Notes: generated by a model not told the origin, from the sequence alone. A stretch of 64,000 bases of DNA from Alkalispirochaeta sp. (GCA_965242725.1 CBDESZ010000021.1:32001-96000), one strand, 5' to 3'; positions 21,640 through 32,885 are shown, numbered from the stretch's first letter. Made by a program: numbers and translations.

Positions 21640-22376
21640 AGACAGACGCATTGGATTCCTGGACCGGCCGTACAACCAAGGAAGCCCACTTCACCGACGA
21701 GGACCGACGTATTCTCACATCAATGGCGCCCATTGTACGGGGCTTTGCCGAGTTCCTCGGGCCCCATTGCGAGGTTCTCCTCCACTCCCTTGAAGACCTC
21801 GCGGAATCGGTTATACAGATCGAAAACGGCCACGTCACCGGTCGTTCCGTGGGGTCGCCGGTGACAGACCTTGCGTTGAAGATCCTCAGGTCCACGGAAA
21901 AGGGCTCTCCCGAAGGGGTGGATCGGGATTTCAGGATATACAGAAGTTCCACCGCCGACGGACGCCCCCTGCGAAGCGTCACCGTCGTAGTCAGGAACGG
22001 TCAAAAACCGATCGGAATGCTCTGTGTCAACTTCGATCTTTCCATTCCGGTCCATGAAATGGTGCAGTTGATAGCCACCACCGCAGGAACCGCCCTTGAC
22101 GGCGACCGGGAAGAGTCGCCGGAACACTACATGATGAGCGCCGAGGATCTGGTCACCCGGTCGCTTGACCTGGCGATACAGAAGGCGACGGCCCAGCGCG
22201 GCGTATCACCCCAGACAAAGAACCGCACGATCGTCGCGGAGCTTCACTCCCAGGGCATCTTTGACGTGAAAGGGGCCGTCGAGATGGTGAGCAATGAACT
22301 TGGCGTCTCCCGCTTTACCGTATACAACTACCTACGAGACTTACGTAACGATGGAGAAACACATGAAAACGAATAA
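21636..22376 (+). CDS. YheO-like PAS + HTH transcriptional regulator
   Basis: CEVLLH, IENGHVTGRSVGSPVTDL, LCVNFD, GIFDVKGAV..LGVSRFTVYNYL. Confidence 0.9.
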   Translation: MKTDALDSWTGRTTKEAHFTDEDRRILTSMAPIVRGFAEFLGPHCEVLLHSLEDLAESVIQIENGHVTGRSVGSPVTDLALKILRSTEKGSPEGVDRDFRIYRSSTADGRPLRSVTVVVRNGQKPIGMLCVNFDLSIPVHEMVQLIATTAGTALDGDREESPEHYMMSAEDLVTRSLDLAIQKATAQRGVSPQTKNRTIVAELHSQGIFDVKGAVEMVSNELGVSRFTVYNYLRDLRNDGETHENE

Positions 22377-22746
22377 GGAAATTATCTTCACCGACAAGGC
22401 TCCGGCACCGGTCGGCCCCTACTCACAGGCAAACAAGGTGGGAAACCTGCTCTTTATCTCGGGACAGCTGGGGTTGAAGGCGGGAGAAAAAACGCTGGCC
22501 CCAACGCTTGAAGAACAGACGTCGCTCGCACTTGAAAACCTGGTGAGCATCCTCAGGGAAGCGGGCCTCGGCCCGGAACACGTCGTCAAGACCACCTGTT
22601 TTCTCGCGGATATCGCAGATTTTCCCGCCTTTAACGGGATTTACGGCAAGACCTTCACCGACAATCCGCCGGCACGATCCTGTTTTGCCGTCAAAGACCT
22701 GCCCCTGGGTGCACGTGTGGAAATAGAGGCGATAGCGGCGGAGTAG
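22363..22746 (+). CDS. ridA: RidA-family reactive enamine/imine deaminase
   Basis: APAPVGPYSQA, ISGQL, PARSC, VEIEAIA. Confidence 0.92.
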   Translation: MKTNKEIIFTDKAPAPVGPYSQANKVGNLLFISGQLGLKAGEKTLAPTLEEQTSLALENLVSILREAGLGPEHVVKTTCFLADIADFPAFNGIYGKTFTDNPPARSCFAVKDLPLGARVEIEAIAAE

Positions 22747-22780
22747 CGGAAACGCGCGTCGAGTGAACGAGGTCATCCGG

Positions 22781-23767
22781 TCACACGGGTTCACCGGGAT
22801 AGGACAACCGCCACTCCCCGCGCAGGGCGTCCATTATTTTCAGGATATGGATCGTATCGTCGGGGGGCAGCTCCGGCGTTTCCAGTCTTCCCGACACTAT
22901 TGCATCCCGTACGGCCCGCACTTCGTGTACATAGCCGGTGTGGTCGTAGGGAATGGTTATCGTCTCCTCATTGCCGTTTGACCGACGGATGGTCAGATCC
23001 GTCGGTCGAAAAAAGATGTCATGGATTTTTATATACCCCTCGCTGCCGGCGATGTACGCTTCCCGCGGTTTATACCCTGAAAATCCGCAACTCAGCATCG
23101 CCATGGCGCCCCGCCGGTAGGTCAGGGTAATGACATCAAGCTCATCTATTCCGGTCACCCCGAAAAAAGCGTGGCTCAGGTGTCCGTCGGGGTGTCCCAG
23201 GACCTGGAATGCCAAATGGAGCGGATAGACCCCCAGATCCAGTAACGCGCCGCCCCCCAGATCCCGTCGAAAGAGGCGGTGCCCACGGTCAACGGGACGG
23301 GCGATGCGGAAATCCGCCTGAACCACCTGCGGTGTCCCGATACGTCCCTCCCTGATCCACGCAAGTGCCCGGCGGTACGCCGGAATAAAGCGCATCCACG
23401 TCCCTTCCATGAGAAAGAGCTTCCTCTCCCGTGCAAGTTTCAGACACGCCTCGGCTTCCGCCGCATTGTGGGTCAGAGGTTTTTCACAGAGGACGTGCTT
23501 TCCCGCATCAAGGGTGGAACGAATCTGTTGTCCGTGGAAGAGGTGCGGCGTGGCGATGTATACGATATCCACCACATCCGAGGTGATCAGTTCTTCATAT
23601 GATCCAAACGAATACGGAATGTTCCACCTCTCCCCGAAGGCCCGCGCCCGAGCGCCGTCCCGTGACGCCACTGCGGTAATGCGGCAGTCATCGACGCGGG
23701 AAACGGCCGCAGCCATATTGGACGCCATCTCTCCGGTGGAGAGTATCCCCCACCGCAGGGTGTTCAC
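22781..23767 (-). CDS. Gfo/Idh/MocA oxidoreductase
   Basis: RWGILSTG, CEKP, GGGALLDLGVY. Confidence 0.9.
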   Translation of the reverse strand: MNTLRWGILSTGEMASNMAAAVSRVDDCRITAVASRDGARARAFGERWNIPYSFGSYEELITSDVVDIVYIATPHLFHGQQIRSTLDAGKHVLCEKPLTHNAAEAEACLKLARERKLFLMEGTWMRFIPAYRRALAWIREGRIGTPQVVQADFRIARPVDRGHRLFRRDLGGGALLDLGVYPLHLAFQVLGHPDGHLSHAFFGVTGIDELDVITLTYRRGAMAMLSCGFSGYKPREAYIAGSEGYIKIHDIFFRPTDLTIRRSNGNEETITIPYDHTGYVHEVRAVRDAIVSGRLETPELPPDDTIHILKIMDALRGEWRLSYPGEPV

Positions 23768-25101
23768 GTAAACTCCGGAAGGTAACGGCCGTGGGCTTCA
23801 ATCAGGTCGTCGCACAGCGCGCGAATGTCGTCGAGGGGGAGTTCCGCCGCGGCGTGGGGATCGAGAAACGCCGCCTGATAGAGGGCGTCCCGCTTGCCCG
23901 TGAGCGCCGCCTCGATGGTCATGAGGTGAACGTTGATATTGGTGCGGTTCAACGCCGCACACTGTTCCGGCAACTCCCCTGCATAGACACCCTGCACACC
24001 GTTTCCGTCGACAAGACACGGTACCTCCACGACCGCCGACGCCGGAAGGTTCGGAATAAGACCGGTATTGAGGATATTTCCGTGCATGCGGTACGGCACA
24101 TTTGTGGCAACGGCGTTCATGATGTGGGCGCCGTACTCGTAGGACATTGTGTGGCTCAGCGCCGCGTTGTCCACGATCTCCGCCTGCCGTTGCTCCCACT
24201 CGGCGATCTGCGTTTCACACCGCCGGGGATACTCATCAAGAGGAATGTTGAACTTCCCCACCAGGTCGGGATAACGCTGTTTGATCCAGTAGGGCGTGTA
24301 CTCGGCGTTATGCTCCGACGACTCCGTCACGTAATACCCGAAGTGGCGCATAATTTCATAACGCACCATGTCGTTGTGCTTTTTCCCCCCGGGGAGGCGG
24401 GCGTTCCGGTTTGCTTCCGCCGCACGACGTTTGATTTCCGGATAGAGATCCACCGCGCCGTCTCGAATTTCAAGCAACCATGCCATGTGGTTAATGCCGG
24501 CAATCTTCCATCGAAGATCCTTCACCGCCCCGTCCATGTCCAGGTTTTTCAACAGGCGATCGGCACATATCTGCACGGAGTGGCACAGGCCGACGGTTTG
24601 CACCGCCGATCCCTTCAGCATTGCACCCGTTACGATGGACATCGGATTTGTATAATTCAGCATCAACGCGTCGGGACAGACCTCTTCCATCTCCCGCGCT
24701 ATGTCCATCATCACCGGAATGGTACGCAAACCGCGAAAGATTCCGCCAATGCCCGAGGTGTCGCCGATCGTCTGCAGCAGGCCGTACCGCCGGGGTATCT
24801 CAAAGTCGATCACCGTCGACGGTTTGTACCCTCCCACCTGTATGGCGTTTACCACAAAGTCCGCGCCCCGCAGCGCCTCCCTGCGGGCATCCACACCGTG
24901 ATGGACGGTGATCTCCCCCCGAACTCCGTTTATGTTTGAGTTGAGCGCTTCCAGCATGCGTCTCGAATCGGCAAGACGCTTTCCGTCAATGTCATAGAGG
25001 GCGAATCGGGAATCCCGCAACGCGTCGGTGAGCATCACGTCACCGAGAATGTTCTTGGCGAAGATCGTACTCCCCGCTCCGATAAATGTGATTTTGTGCA
25101 T
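23764..25101 (-). CDS. melA: NAD-dependent alpha-galactosidase (GH4)
   Basis: KITFIGAGS, QTIGDT, NYTNPM, GLCHSV, TESSEHNAEY. Confidence 0.92.
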   Translation of the reverse strand: MHKITFIGAGSTIFAKNILGDVMLTDALRDSRFALYDIDGKRLADSRRMLEALNSNINGVRGEITVHHGVDARREALRGADFVVNAIQVGGYKPSTVIDFEIPRRYGLLQTIGDTSGIGGIFRGLRTIPVMMDIAREMEEVCPDALMLNYTNPMSIVTGAMLKGSAVQTVGLCHSVQICADRLLKNLDMDGAVKDLRWKIAGINHMAWLLEIRDGAVDLYPEIKRRAAEANRNARLPGGKKHNDMVRYEIMRHFGYYVTESSEHNAEYTPYWIKQRYPDLVGKFNIPLDEYPRRCETQIAEWEQRQAEIVDNAALSHTMSYEYGAHIMNAVATNVPYRMHGNILNTGLIPNLPASAVVEVPCLVDGNGVQGVYAGELPEQCAALNRTNINVHLMTIEAALTGKRDALYQAAFLDPHAAAELPLDDIRALCDDLIEAHGRYLPEFT

Positions 25102-25196
25102 GAACACTGACCTCCAAACGGATATATCCTACTACTTCTACACCCGCACCTGTTATGTCGTTTTGTTGTTTTTCGTGTCATTATGTTGCTCGGAAC

Positions 25197-26036
25197 ATGA
25201 ATAAAAAAAGAGATTTCCAACAAAATTTTAATCGCGTTCAAGAAGATCTGCCGTTATCAGTTCTGTTTTCCGGGCGAGAGTCTTGCGAACCGGGTCATCG
25301 TTTTGGCGGTGAACGAACACACTTTGTGATCCACTACGTTTTGGCGGGTAACGGAACCGTACGGACATACAGTGAGGGCGGCACGTTATCCAAAGGTGAC
25401 ATTTTTTTACTCTTTCCTGGAGTCAGAAATCGATATCGGGCGGATTATCGAACACCGTGGACATACGGTTGGATCGGATTTTCGGGCACCCATGCCGCCG
25501 CAATCCTGAATGCGCACGGGATTACGGCGGAGACATGTATCATACACGGTGAGTTCTCAGTGGAACTCGCGGGATACTTCTTTGCCGTCTTGGATATTCT
25601 CAAAGCTGATTTCCCGGTTCCGTTCAAATCCGAGGGGTACTTGTACCTTGTGCTATCATCTATCGCCGAACGATTGCGCCCTGCAAGACGGGAACCATCC
25701 GGAAAATGGGATCACGTACACGAAGCGATCCGTTTCATTGAAACCAACTTCGGGGAACGAATTAATGTTAATGACGTAACGGACCACGTCGGCCTGGAGA
25801 GAGCCTATTTTTCAACGCTCTTCAGCAGTACCACAGGTAACAGCCTTCTGGACTACCTGACAACAACTCGGTTGGAAAAATCGAAAATCCTCCTGCAGAG
25901 AACCGACTACACCGTCGGAGACGTTGCCGCTTCCGTCGGTTACTCGAATTACGCCACATTTGCCCGGCGGTTCAAAGACCGATTCGGAATTACCCCTGGA
26001 TCGTACCGTGACGGTATTCTAAGAATTACCGAATGA
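25197..26036 (+). CDS. AraC-family regulator (MsmR/RafR-like), divergent from melA
   Basis: Cupin 'IHYVLAGNG' plus C-terminal double HTH 'VAASVGY...FARRFK..GITP'. Confidence 0.9.
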   Translation: MNKKRDFQQNFNRVQEDLPLSVLFSGRESCEPGHRFGGERTHFVIHYVLAGNGTVRTYSEGGTLSKGDIFLLFPGVRNRYRADYRTPWTYGWIGFSGTHAAAILNAHGITAETCIIHGEFSVELAGYFFAVLDILKADFPVPFKSEGYLYLVLSSIAERLRPARREPSGKWDHVHEAIRFIETNFGERINVNDVTDHVGLERAYFSTLFSSTTGNSLLDYLTTTRLEKSKILLQRTDYTVGDVAASVGYSNYATFARRFKDRFGITPGSYRDGILRITE

Positions 26037-27357
26037 TCCCGATCCGGCGACCGATTTCATCAGCATTCACGGGACGACCGGAGGCAAAGCTACGGTTGGC
26101 CGCAATTCCACAGATAATCGACCACGCTCCGGCCCGGTAGTCCGCGGCCCGCTCCAACGGGTCCGGGCCGGCCTGCCCAAACGCGTCATCCAGCAGGCGG
26201 CGGTCACCGCCGCCATGCCCGCCTTCGCCTTCTTCAATTTCAATTCGCTCCGGTTTCCGCCAGTGGGGTCGTACTAATAACTTAACCGGCTCACTGACGT
26301 AATCGCCGCTCCCCGCCGCGTGTACAGAAATGCGATTGATATCCCCATCTCCTCCGGAAATATAACTGTTTTCTGCAACCGCATACTCCAGGCGGCCCTT
26401 TGAGCCGGTAAAAGAAACGCGATATCCCTCCCAGGGTGCATATGCCGATAGGTGATACGTCAGTACAGCGTCATTTTCATATCGCACCATAACAGACATA
26501 TCATCTTCGATGCTTACTCCGTCGGCAAAAACGTTTTGATCCCGGAAATATGCATCCTCGTGTTCCGCCTGAAGATACAACCCCGTTAAATGTTCGCTTT
26601 CATTCAGATCCAGGGCAAAGGGGTCCCCTTCTGCCGCGGGACTACCGGTGCTGCGGTGATATGGGCGGTAAAGGGCGTTCCGTTCCCCATTGTCTCTACC
26701 ATAAAAAACGCGCCGGCCCATGCCGAATACCGTGACCGGTCTCGTCTGTAACCACCAGTTTACGAGGTCGAAGTGATGGGATGCCTTATGGACGATCAGT
26801 CCTCCGGAGTTTGATTTGTCCCTATGCCACCGACGAAAATAGTCCGCACCATGACGGGTGTCCAACATCCATTCAAAGTGTACCGAATGAACCGTACCGA
26901 TCACGCCGGCGTCCAGAAGTTCTCGCACCTTGCTGTGTCGCGGCGCATAACGGTAATTGAACATGACCCGGAGCGATCGTCCGGTGCGCTCCACCGTTTC
27001 ACAAATCAGCTTTGCTTTGTTCATATCCACCGTCATGGGCTTTTCCGTCATGACATCACAACCGGACTCCAATGCTTTGCAAATGTACTCATGGTGCATG
27101 CGGTCGATGCATGTCACGATTACGACGTCCACAGCCTCATTACGCAACATGTACTCAAACTCGTCCGGTCCATACGCGGGAACCGGAGTGATGTCGTATT
27201 CCCGGGACAATCGACGATTGTAGTAGTCCATTCGCGTCCGGTTGGAATCACAAAACGCGACAAGTGCACTACTATGGCTGTAGTCTTTTAAAATGGCAGT
27301 TGAGTACATCTCCGATCGCGATCCCGTCCCGACAATTGCATACCGTTTTCTGGTCAT
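26026..27357 (-). CDS. Gfo/Idh/MocA oxidoreductase (YteT-like)
   Basis: YAIVGTGSR, EKPM, HGADYFRRWHR, HGGGD. Confidence 0.88.
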   Translation of the reverse strand: MTRKRYAIVGTGSRSEMYSTAILKDYSHSSALVAFCDSNRTRMDYYNRRLSREYDITPVPAYGPDEFEYMLRNEAVDVVIVTCIDRMHHEYICKALESGCDVMTEKPMTVDMNKAKLICETVERTGRSLRVMFNYRYAPRHSKVRELLDAGVIGTVHSVHFEWMLDTRHGADYFRRWHRDKSNSGGLIVHKASHHFDLVNWWLQTRPVTVFGMGRRVFYGRDNGERNALYRPYHRSTGSPAAEGDPFALDLNESEHLTGLYLQAEHEDAYFRDQNVFADGVSIEDDMSVMVRYENDAVLTYHLSAYAPWEGYRVSFTGSKGRLEYAVAENSYISGGDGDINRISVHAAGSGDYVSEPVKLLVRPHWRKPERIEIEEGEGGHGGGDRRLLDDAFGQAGPDPLERAADYRAGAWSIICGIAANRSFASGRPVNADEIGRRIGIIR

Positions 27358-27370
27358 GTCATGGTTCCTT

Positions 27371-28450
27371 TCAACAACCGTTGAGGTTTCCTCCGGCTGC
27401 TCGCTGCAGCAAGGTGAAATACTGTTGTGCATCAACGGGCAGATTGACCCAGCTGTCAGTCCACGCCGACATCTGCATTGCATTTGATAGTTCCAGACTT
27501 CGTATTCCCTCTTCTCCCGATATAAACAGGGACTCCCGGTTTCGTATTGCTCCTATCCAGTTGCGCAACACGTCGGCACACTCGTCACCGGGTGTGTCTC
27601 CTTCTCGCGGTGTCGAGAAAAGTTCACGGGTTGGTCTGTTTCTCTCGTGAAGGGTAACCACTCCTGATTCAGACGTCAGCCGGCCTCGTTCGCCCGATAT
27701 TTCGAGTCTGCCCGCACCGTGCAACTCTCCGGTGGACGCGATGAATGTCGCCGATGCACCGTCGGCAAATTCCATATATGCGGTGCAGTCGTCTTCTCCT
27801 TCAATGCGGTGGTATCGGCCACACCGGCAGAACGCCATGACTCGTATGGGCAAACCAAAAAACCACTGAAAGAGATCAAGGTCGTGGGAACATTGGTTAA
27901 TCAACATCGCCCCTCCCTCACCGGCCCATGTACCGCGCCACGGTTTGGCGTCGTAATATGTCTGCGGCCGATACCAGTTGGTGGCAACCCATAGAATCCT
28001 TTGAATGGCACCGATTGTGCCGGAGGAAATGCACTCTTTGATACATGTATTGACCGGATTCAATCTCTTCTGAAACATAATCCCGAAGGTACGGCCGCTA
28101 CGCCTTGCGACTTCATTCATTGCACTGACATTACCGGTCCGGATTCCGGCGGGTTTTTCAGTCATAACGTGCTTTCCCCTGGCAAATGCCTCGACAGCCA
28201 ATTCCGAATGGGTCATATGAGGTGTAGCTATGACCACAGCATCGACCATTTCACTGTCCATGAGATCAACGGCATTTCGGAACAAAGGGATATTCTTCCC
28301 GCCGACCAAGCCGTCAATATCCCGCCGGTCGATGCTTCTGCTGCAAAGGGCGCTCAGGACGGCACCACCGATCTGTCCATTGGCAATTGCCCGAGCTCGT
28401 TCCATTCCCACGCCCAGACCGATGACTCCAACACGAACCGGATTGTTCAC
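27371..28450 (-). CDS. Gfo/Idh/MocA oxidoreductase
   Basis: GVIGLGVG, EKPAG, WRGTWAGEGG..NQCSHDLD. Confidence 0.88.
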   Translation of the reverse strand: MNNPVRVGVIGLGVGMERARAIANGQIGGAVLSALCSRSIDRRDIDGLVGGKNIPLFRNAVDLMDSEMVDAVVIATPHMTHSELAVEAFARGKHVMTEKPAGIRTGNVSAMNEVARRSGRTFGIMFQKRLNPVNTCIKECISSGTIGAIQRILWVATNWYRPQTYYDAKPWRGTWAGEGGAMLINQCSHDLDLFQWFFGLPIRVMAFCRCGRYHRIEGEDDCTAYMEFADGASATFIASTGELHGAGRLEISGERGRLTSESGVVTLHERNRPTRELFSTPREGDTPGDECADVLRNWIGAIRNRESLFISGEEGIRSLELSNAMQMSAWTDSWVNLPVDAQQYFTLLQRAAGGNLNGC

Positions 28451-28480
28451 TATCTGACTCCAGTAATAATGTGGTTATAC

Positions 28481-29488
28481 CTATTCACGCTGAAAGACAA
28501 ACTCCGGTTGCCCCACCTGCATCTCCCCCGGCGGCAATCCAGCCTCCATCGCCTCCACATCGTCGGTAACCATTCGCCCGATACGGAGCATCCCCTCCGG
28601 TACCGGTCCGGCGAGGTGAGATGTGAGCACCACATTTTCCAGGTCCCGCAGGCGGTGATCGCCCGGAAAGGGTTCTTCCGGAAAGACATCGACAGCCGCG
28701 CTGAACCGCTTCTCTTGTAGGAGATCCACCATTGCCTCAAAGTCCACAACATGGGCACGGCTGATGAGAACAAACACTGCGTCAGGCGACAGCTGTTGCA
28801 GGAGCTCCCGCGAGACCATTTCGCGGTTGTATTTAGTCGCCTTGGCGAGCACAAAGACCACCTTCGTCTCAGACATCACTTCCCGCAGCGTGGCTGGCGT
28901 GACTCCGTGACGTTTGAGGCGGACATCCGGCAACCATGGATCGTAGGCCATATAGCGGCATCCGAAGGGATCGAGAAATGTCTTGAGGTGGAGCGCAATA
29001 TTCCCGAAGCCGACAAATCCGATGTTCTTTCCAAACAGAGAAAAGCTGCCCTCGTTACCTTCGAGAGAGTAAATCTCCCGGTGATGTCTGAAATCCCTAT
29101 CAGTTGCGGCGATCTTTCTGGAAAGGGAGAGAACCATACCCAGCGCCATTTCCGCAACATGGGGCGAAAAGGCCGGCGCGCAGCTTAAGACCCGGATCCC
29201 GCGGCGAAAGCATGTCTGGTAATCGAGAAGTTGCGGACTGGGGTGTCCCCCGGCAACCTCCAAAATCGCCTGAAGTTGAGGGGCGCCCTCGTCCGTCACG
29301 GCGATATTTCTGCACGTCCCGGACACTATGTATTTCGCCCGGGCAATTTCTTCTCGCAGCAGACCGGGGGGCATCGGCCGGTCCTTTCCCCACACAACGT
29401 TTACCACGTCCTTAAGCCGCTTCAAATCAGCGGAAGAAAAAATCGAATCGACACTTCTCGGGCTTGGGTCGAGTATTAACGTATTCAA
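28481..29488 (-). CDS. D-isomer-specific 2-hydroxyacid dehydrogenase
   Basis: GFVGFGNIA, YDPW, ISRA, DVFPEEP, SHLAG; TTG start with AGGAG. Confidence 0.88.
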   Translation of the reverse strand: MNTLILDPSPRSVDSIFSSADLKRLKDVVNVVWGKDRPMPPGLLREEIARAKYIVSGTCRNIAVTDEGAPQLQAILEVAGGHPSPQLLDYQTCFRRGIRVLSCAPAFSPHVAEMALGMVLSLSRKIAATDRDFRHHREIYSLEGNEGSFSLFGKNIGFVGFGNIALHLKTFLDPFGCRYMAYDPWLPDVRLKRHGVTPATLREVMSETKVVFVLAKATKYNREMVSRELLQQLSPDAVFVLISRAHVVDFEAMVDLLQEKRFSAAVDVFPEEPFPGDHRLRDLENVVLTSHLAGPVPEGMLRIGRMVTDDVEAMEAGLPPGEMQVGQPEFVFQRE

Positions 29489-29507
29489 ACTTTTGCTCCT
29501 ATTGCGG

Positions 29508-30468
29508 CTATTCTTTTACGCCGCCTTCACTGAGACCGCCAACGAGGTTTTTCTGGATATTCATAAAAATTACAATGACTGGAATCGCCGTCAGTACCGA
29601 GGCCGACATGATCCGATCCCAGATGGCGTTCTTTGAGAAAAACAATGTCTTCAGTCCGATGGGCAAGGTATGAAATTCCTTAAAACCGCGGAGAAAGACC
29701 GATGCAAAGAGGTATTCGTTCCAGGCAATCTTTGAAGGAATAGACAAATACCGTGGTAATTGCCGTCCAGGAAAGGGGCACGATGATTCGCCAGATTGCT
29801 TCCAGACGGCTGGCACCTTCTATCATCGCCGCTTCCTCGATGGAAAAAGGGATAGCCCCGGAAATAGTTCCAAGCATATAAGGCATACGGCACCGCAGCG
29901 TCTTAACCATATATACGATGATAAGAGACAAAATGCGCTGACCGGAGTACTCAACATCCCGAGACCGACAAACATCTATAGAGAGGAATGACGAGCACAA
30001 TACGCCGAACATATATACAAACAGACACTTCGCTGGATGGCGGAACGTCCGCGATAGCGCAATCGACTGAACGAGTAGGCACCCGGTATGGCAAAACAGA
30101 CCGACAACAACGCCGCCGTCAAGACAGGATCGAGGAGTTGCAAAATTGTGAAATACGGAAACGCATCGCTTGTATCGCGGTACTTGGCGATAAATGGCAT
30201 CCTCTGTGCCCGGGTGAGATCCGGAGATTCTTCCAAAAGATTTACGATCGCTTCCCGCAGATCTTTTGTCTGCTGATCGATGTTCAAAAGTTCTTTGTAG
30301 GCGTCAAATTTAACCGGTCGGGAATGAGAGACGGATTGCCCCAGTCCCATGGATCACTTCAACGACGTGGAGACCATTTGAACAAAGGGAAAAAATCGAA
30401 AAGAAGACGATCATCAGAATCAGGAATAAAAACCACGTGCGTTTGTATATGTTTGTCCGTACTACCAT
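29508..30468 (-). pseudogene. Carbohydrate ABC permease (MalG-like), multiply frameshifted
   Basis: Fragments in different frames: MVVRTNIYK.., AIPGAYSFSRLRY, SIEEAAMIEGAS (EAA loop), WNEYLFASVF...GLSEGGVKE. Confidence 0.8.
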
Positions 30469-31361
30469 TTGAGCACCCTTTTGACGTACAGGAAATGAAC
30501 CCCATTAGGAGTATAAATTGAATGACCGCCAGCGCCGCTCCCTGACCCAATTCCATCGCACCGGTAAATGCGCCCATGAAGTATGTGTAAATAGACAGGA
30601 CGCGCACAATTTCCGTTAAAAGGAAAATCTCCTCAAACTTGTTGAAGTTCCAAATCATTCGCAAGAGGATCACCGCACTGACGACGAAGTAAATCTCCGG
30701 AAGGGTAATGGCTTTAAACTTCTGCCAGTCACCCGCTCCGTCTATCTCGGCCACTTCGTACAGCGTCTGATCGATGGCCTGTAACCGGGACAGAATCATG
30801 AGGTACGAAAAGGGAAAACTCTTCCAGATACTGAAGACGATAGCCACCCAGACCGCCGCCTGGGGGGAGCCCGATCAAATTGAACCGCTCGGCAAAAATG
30901 CCCAACCGATTGTGGGCGATATCCATAAAAATACCGTTGACCGGGTCAAATATAAACTGCCAGGAAAAGACGACGGAAATGACCGGCGCCACATAGGGAA
31001 GGAGAATTATACTTCGTACCAGTCCACGGAAAGGAAAGGTCCTATTCATGGCGAGGGCGACTATCAGTCCCGTCATCGTAGTACCGACGGGTGGTCAGGA
31101 CCACGTACAGAACGGTCGTCACCATTGACGACCAGAAAACATCGTCAAAAAGGATCTTCCCGGTGGTTTTCCAGACCAACAAAGGTGTTGCCACCACGCA
31201 TATTTACATCAAAGAAACTGAGATACACATTGTAAATGATTGGATAGAGGATGAGCCCCAGAACGACGGCAAATGCCGGAAGAATTAAACGCCCATCCCA
31301 ACACGCCTTCTCGCTGTCGATTGCTCAGCCGGTCACCGATACGGAATTTCAGAACGTCCAT
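30462..31361 (-). pseudogene. Carbohydrate ABC permease (MalF-like), multiply frameshifted
   Basis: MDVLKFR.., ILPAF..LYPIIYNVYLSF, LLPYVAP, LYEVAEIDGA...ITLP, spread over several frames. Confidence 0.8.
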
Positions 31362-31422
31362 GTATGCTCCAACGAAACGCCCGGGCCAAACCCGACCCGG
31401 GCAACGCCATTTTTGAAGTGGA

Positions 31423-32801
31423 TTATTGGATTACTTTTCCTCATTTCCGCTTCCGCAGCAGCCATTGCCGCATCTATACGCTCCCCTTCCTGGGTAATTT
31501 CGTAAAGCATACGGGGAATAATTTGCTGGGCGGTAATGGACACTCGCCGCTTCTATGCGGTTGCCTTCAACGATGCTGAAAGGTTGAATGTTTTCAAGCC
31601 CGCTGATAATTTCCGCCATCTTTTCCGGGCCGTAGTATTTAAACAGTCCACTCGGATCGTTCTGAAATCTGGCATTCGTCGCAATTTCACGAAGCATGGG
31701 ATTCATACCGCCCGGTGCCATATGCAGAAATGTGATATACGCGTTCTGGGTGTAAAGGTACGCGATAAAGTCGGAAACCGCCTCGGTTACGGCAGGATTG
31801 CTTTGTTCAAACATCCCCAGGCCGATAATGGACCCGTAACCCGCGTCGGCTTTATGACTGACGGTAGTTGCGACTCTGGTGTTCTTTACCAGATCGGGAT
31901 CAAATCCGGCGCCTTCCAGCTCGGCGAAGTTACCGCCGGTCAGGGAATCCGCCGCTGCTTCCTGAACAGCCAGGTCATCCATGATATAGGTGGAGTAAAA
32001 GAACATTGCAAGCTTGCCCTGGAGATAATAATCCCGCGCCCTCCAGGTCTGCGGCCCCGGGGGGTTGTACTGGGCTAACTGAGCGTAATATTCCACCGCT
32101 TCTTTCATTTGAGGAGAGTTGAAGATCAAATTGCCGTCGGCATCAAAGAGTCCGGCGTTGTTTGACATTGCGATGGGCGTAAAACACTGCTCCGTATAGT
32201 TCTCGGCAGTTGTCCCCACGAGGATGCCGTATTGATTTTGATCCGGCTGGTAGAAATACTCAGCAGCGGCAAGAATGTCTTCCCATGTAGACGGTGGATT
32301 GAGCCCGGCCTCTTCAAACCAGTCGGCCCGATACCAGATACCCTGAACCCATCCATGATAAGGCAAGGCGTAATAGCCGTCCCCATCACTCGTTTCCATG
32401 ACCCGTAACGCTCCCTGATAGAAGCGGTCTGTGCCAATGCGATCGGCGAGCGCTGTCGCTGCTTGGACATCCAGTATCCCCTCGGAACCGAAGGAGACGA
32501 CCGTCTCGGCGTTACTTTCAAACATTCCCGGCAGGGTTCCTGCCGCTACCGCCGTCTGGACATTGGTAACCATGTCATTTTCATCGACTCCCACCAGATT
32601 GATGGTCACATTCGGGTTCATAGCCGTATATGTGTCGATCAACACTTGAATAGTCGCCATCCGGTCGGATTGCGTCTGGGTTGTCCAAAAATCAAACCGC
32701 ACAGGTTGTTGATCCTTTGCCGCCGGCTCTTGAGTACCACCTGCAAAGACCAGCCCTCCGGTCACCACAACCGCCAGAAAAACTAAAAACAGTTTCTTCA
32801 T
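31423..32801 (-). CDS. Carbohydrate ABC substrate-binding protein; 3' end carries two apparent +1 indels
   Basis: 'FAGGTQE' N-terminus; YRADWF..AGLNPPSTWED; true C-terminus (ITAQQIIPRML..EAEMRK) continues in another frame from about 31540. Confidence 0.85.
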
Positions 32802-32867
32802 AGCCTCTCCTTTTCAAGAAATATTGGTTAATTCTTGGCGTGTTTTTCCGGCCGGTCAATCTCGATC

Positions 32868-32885
32868 TGGTACTAAAATGGTACT
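32868..32885. promoter_or_regulatory. Putative response-regulator binding direct repeat
   Basis: TGGTACT-N4-TGGTACT (11-bp period) upstream of the binding-protein gene, next to a NarL-type regulator. Confidence 0.45.
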
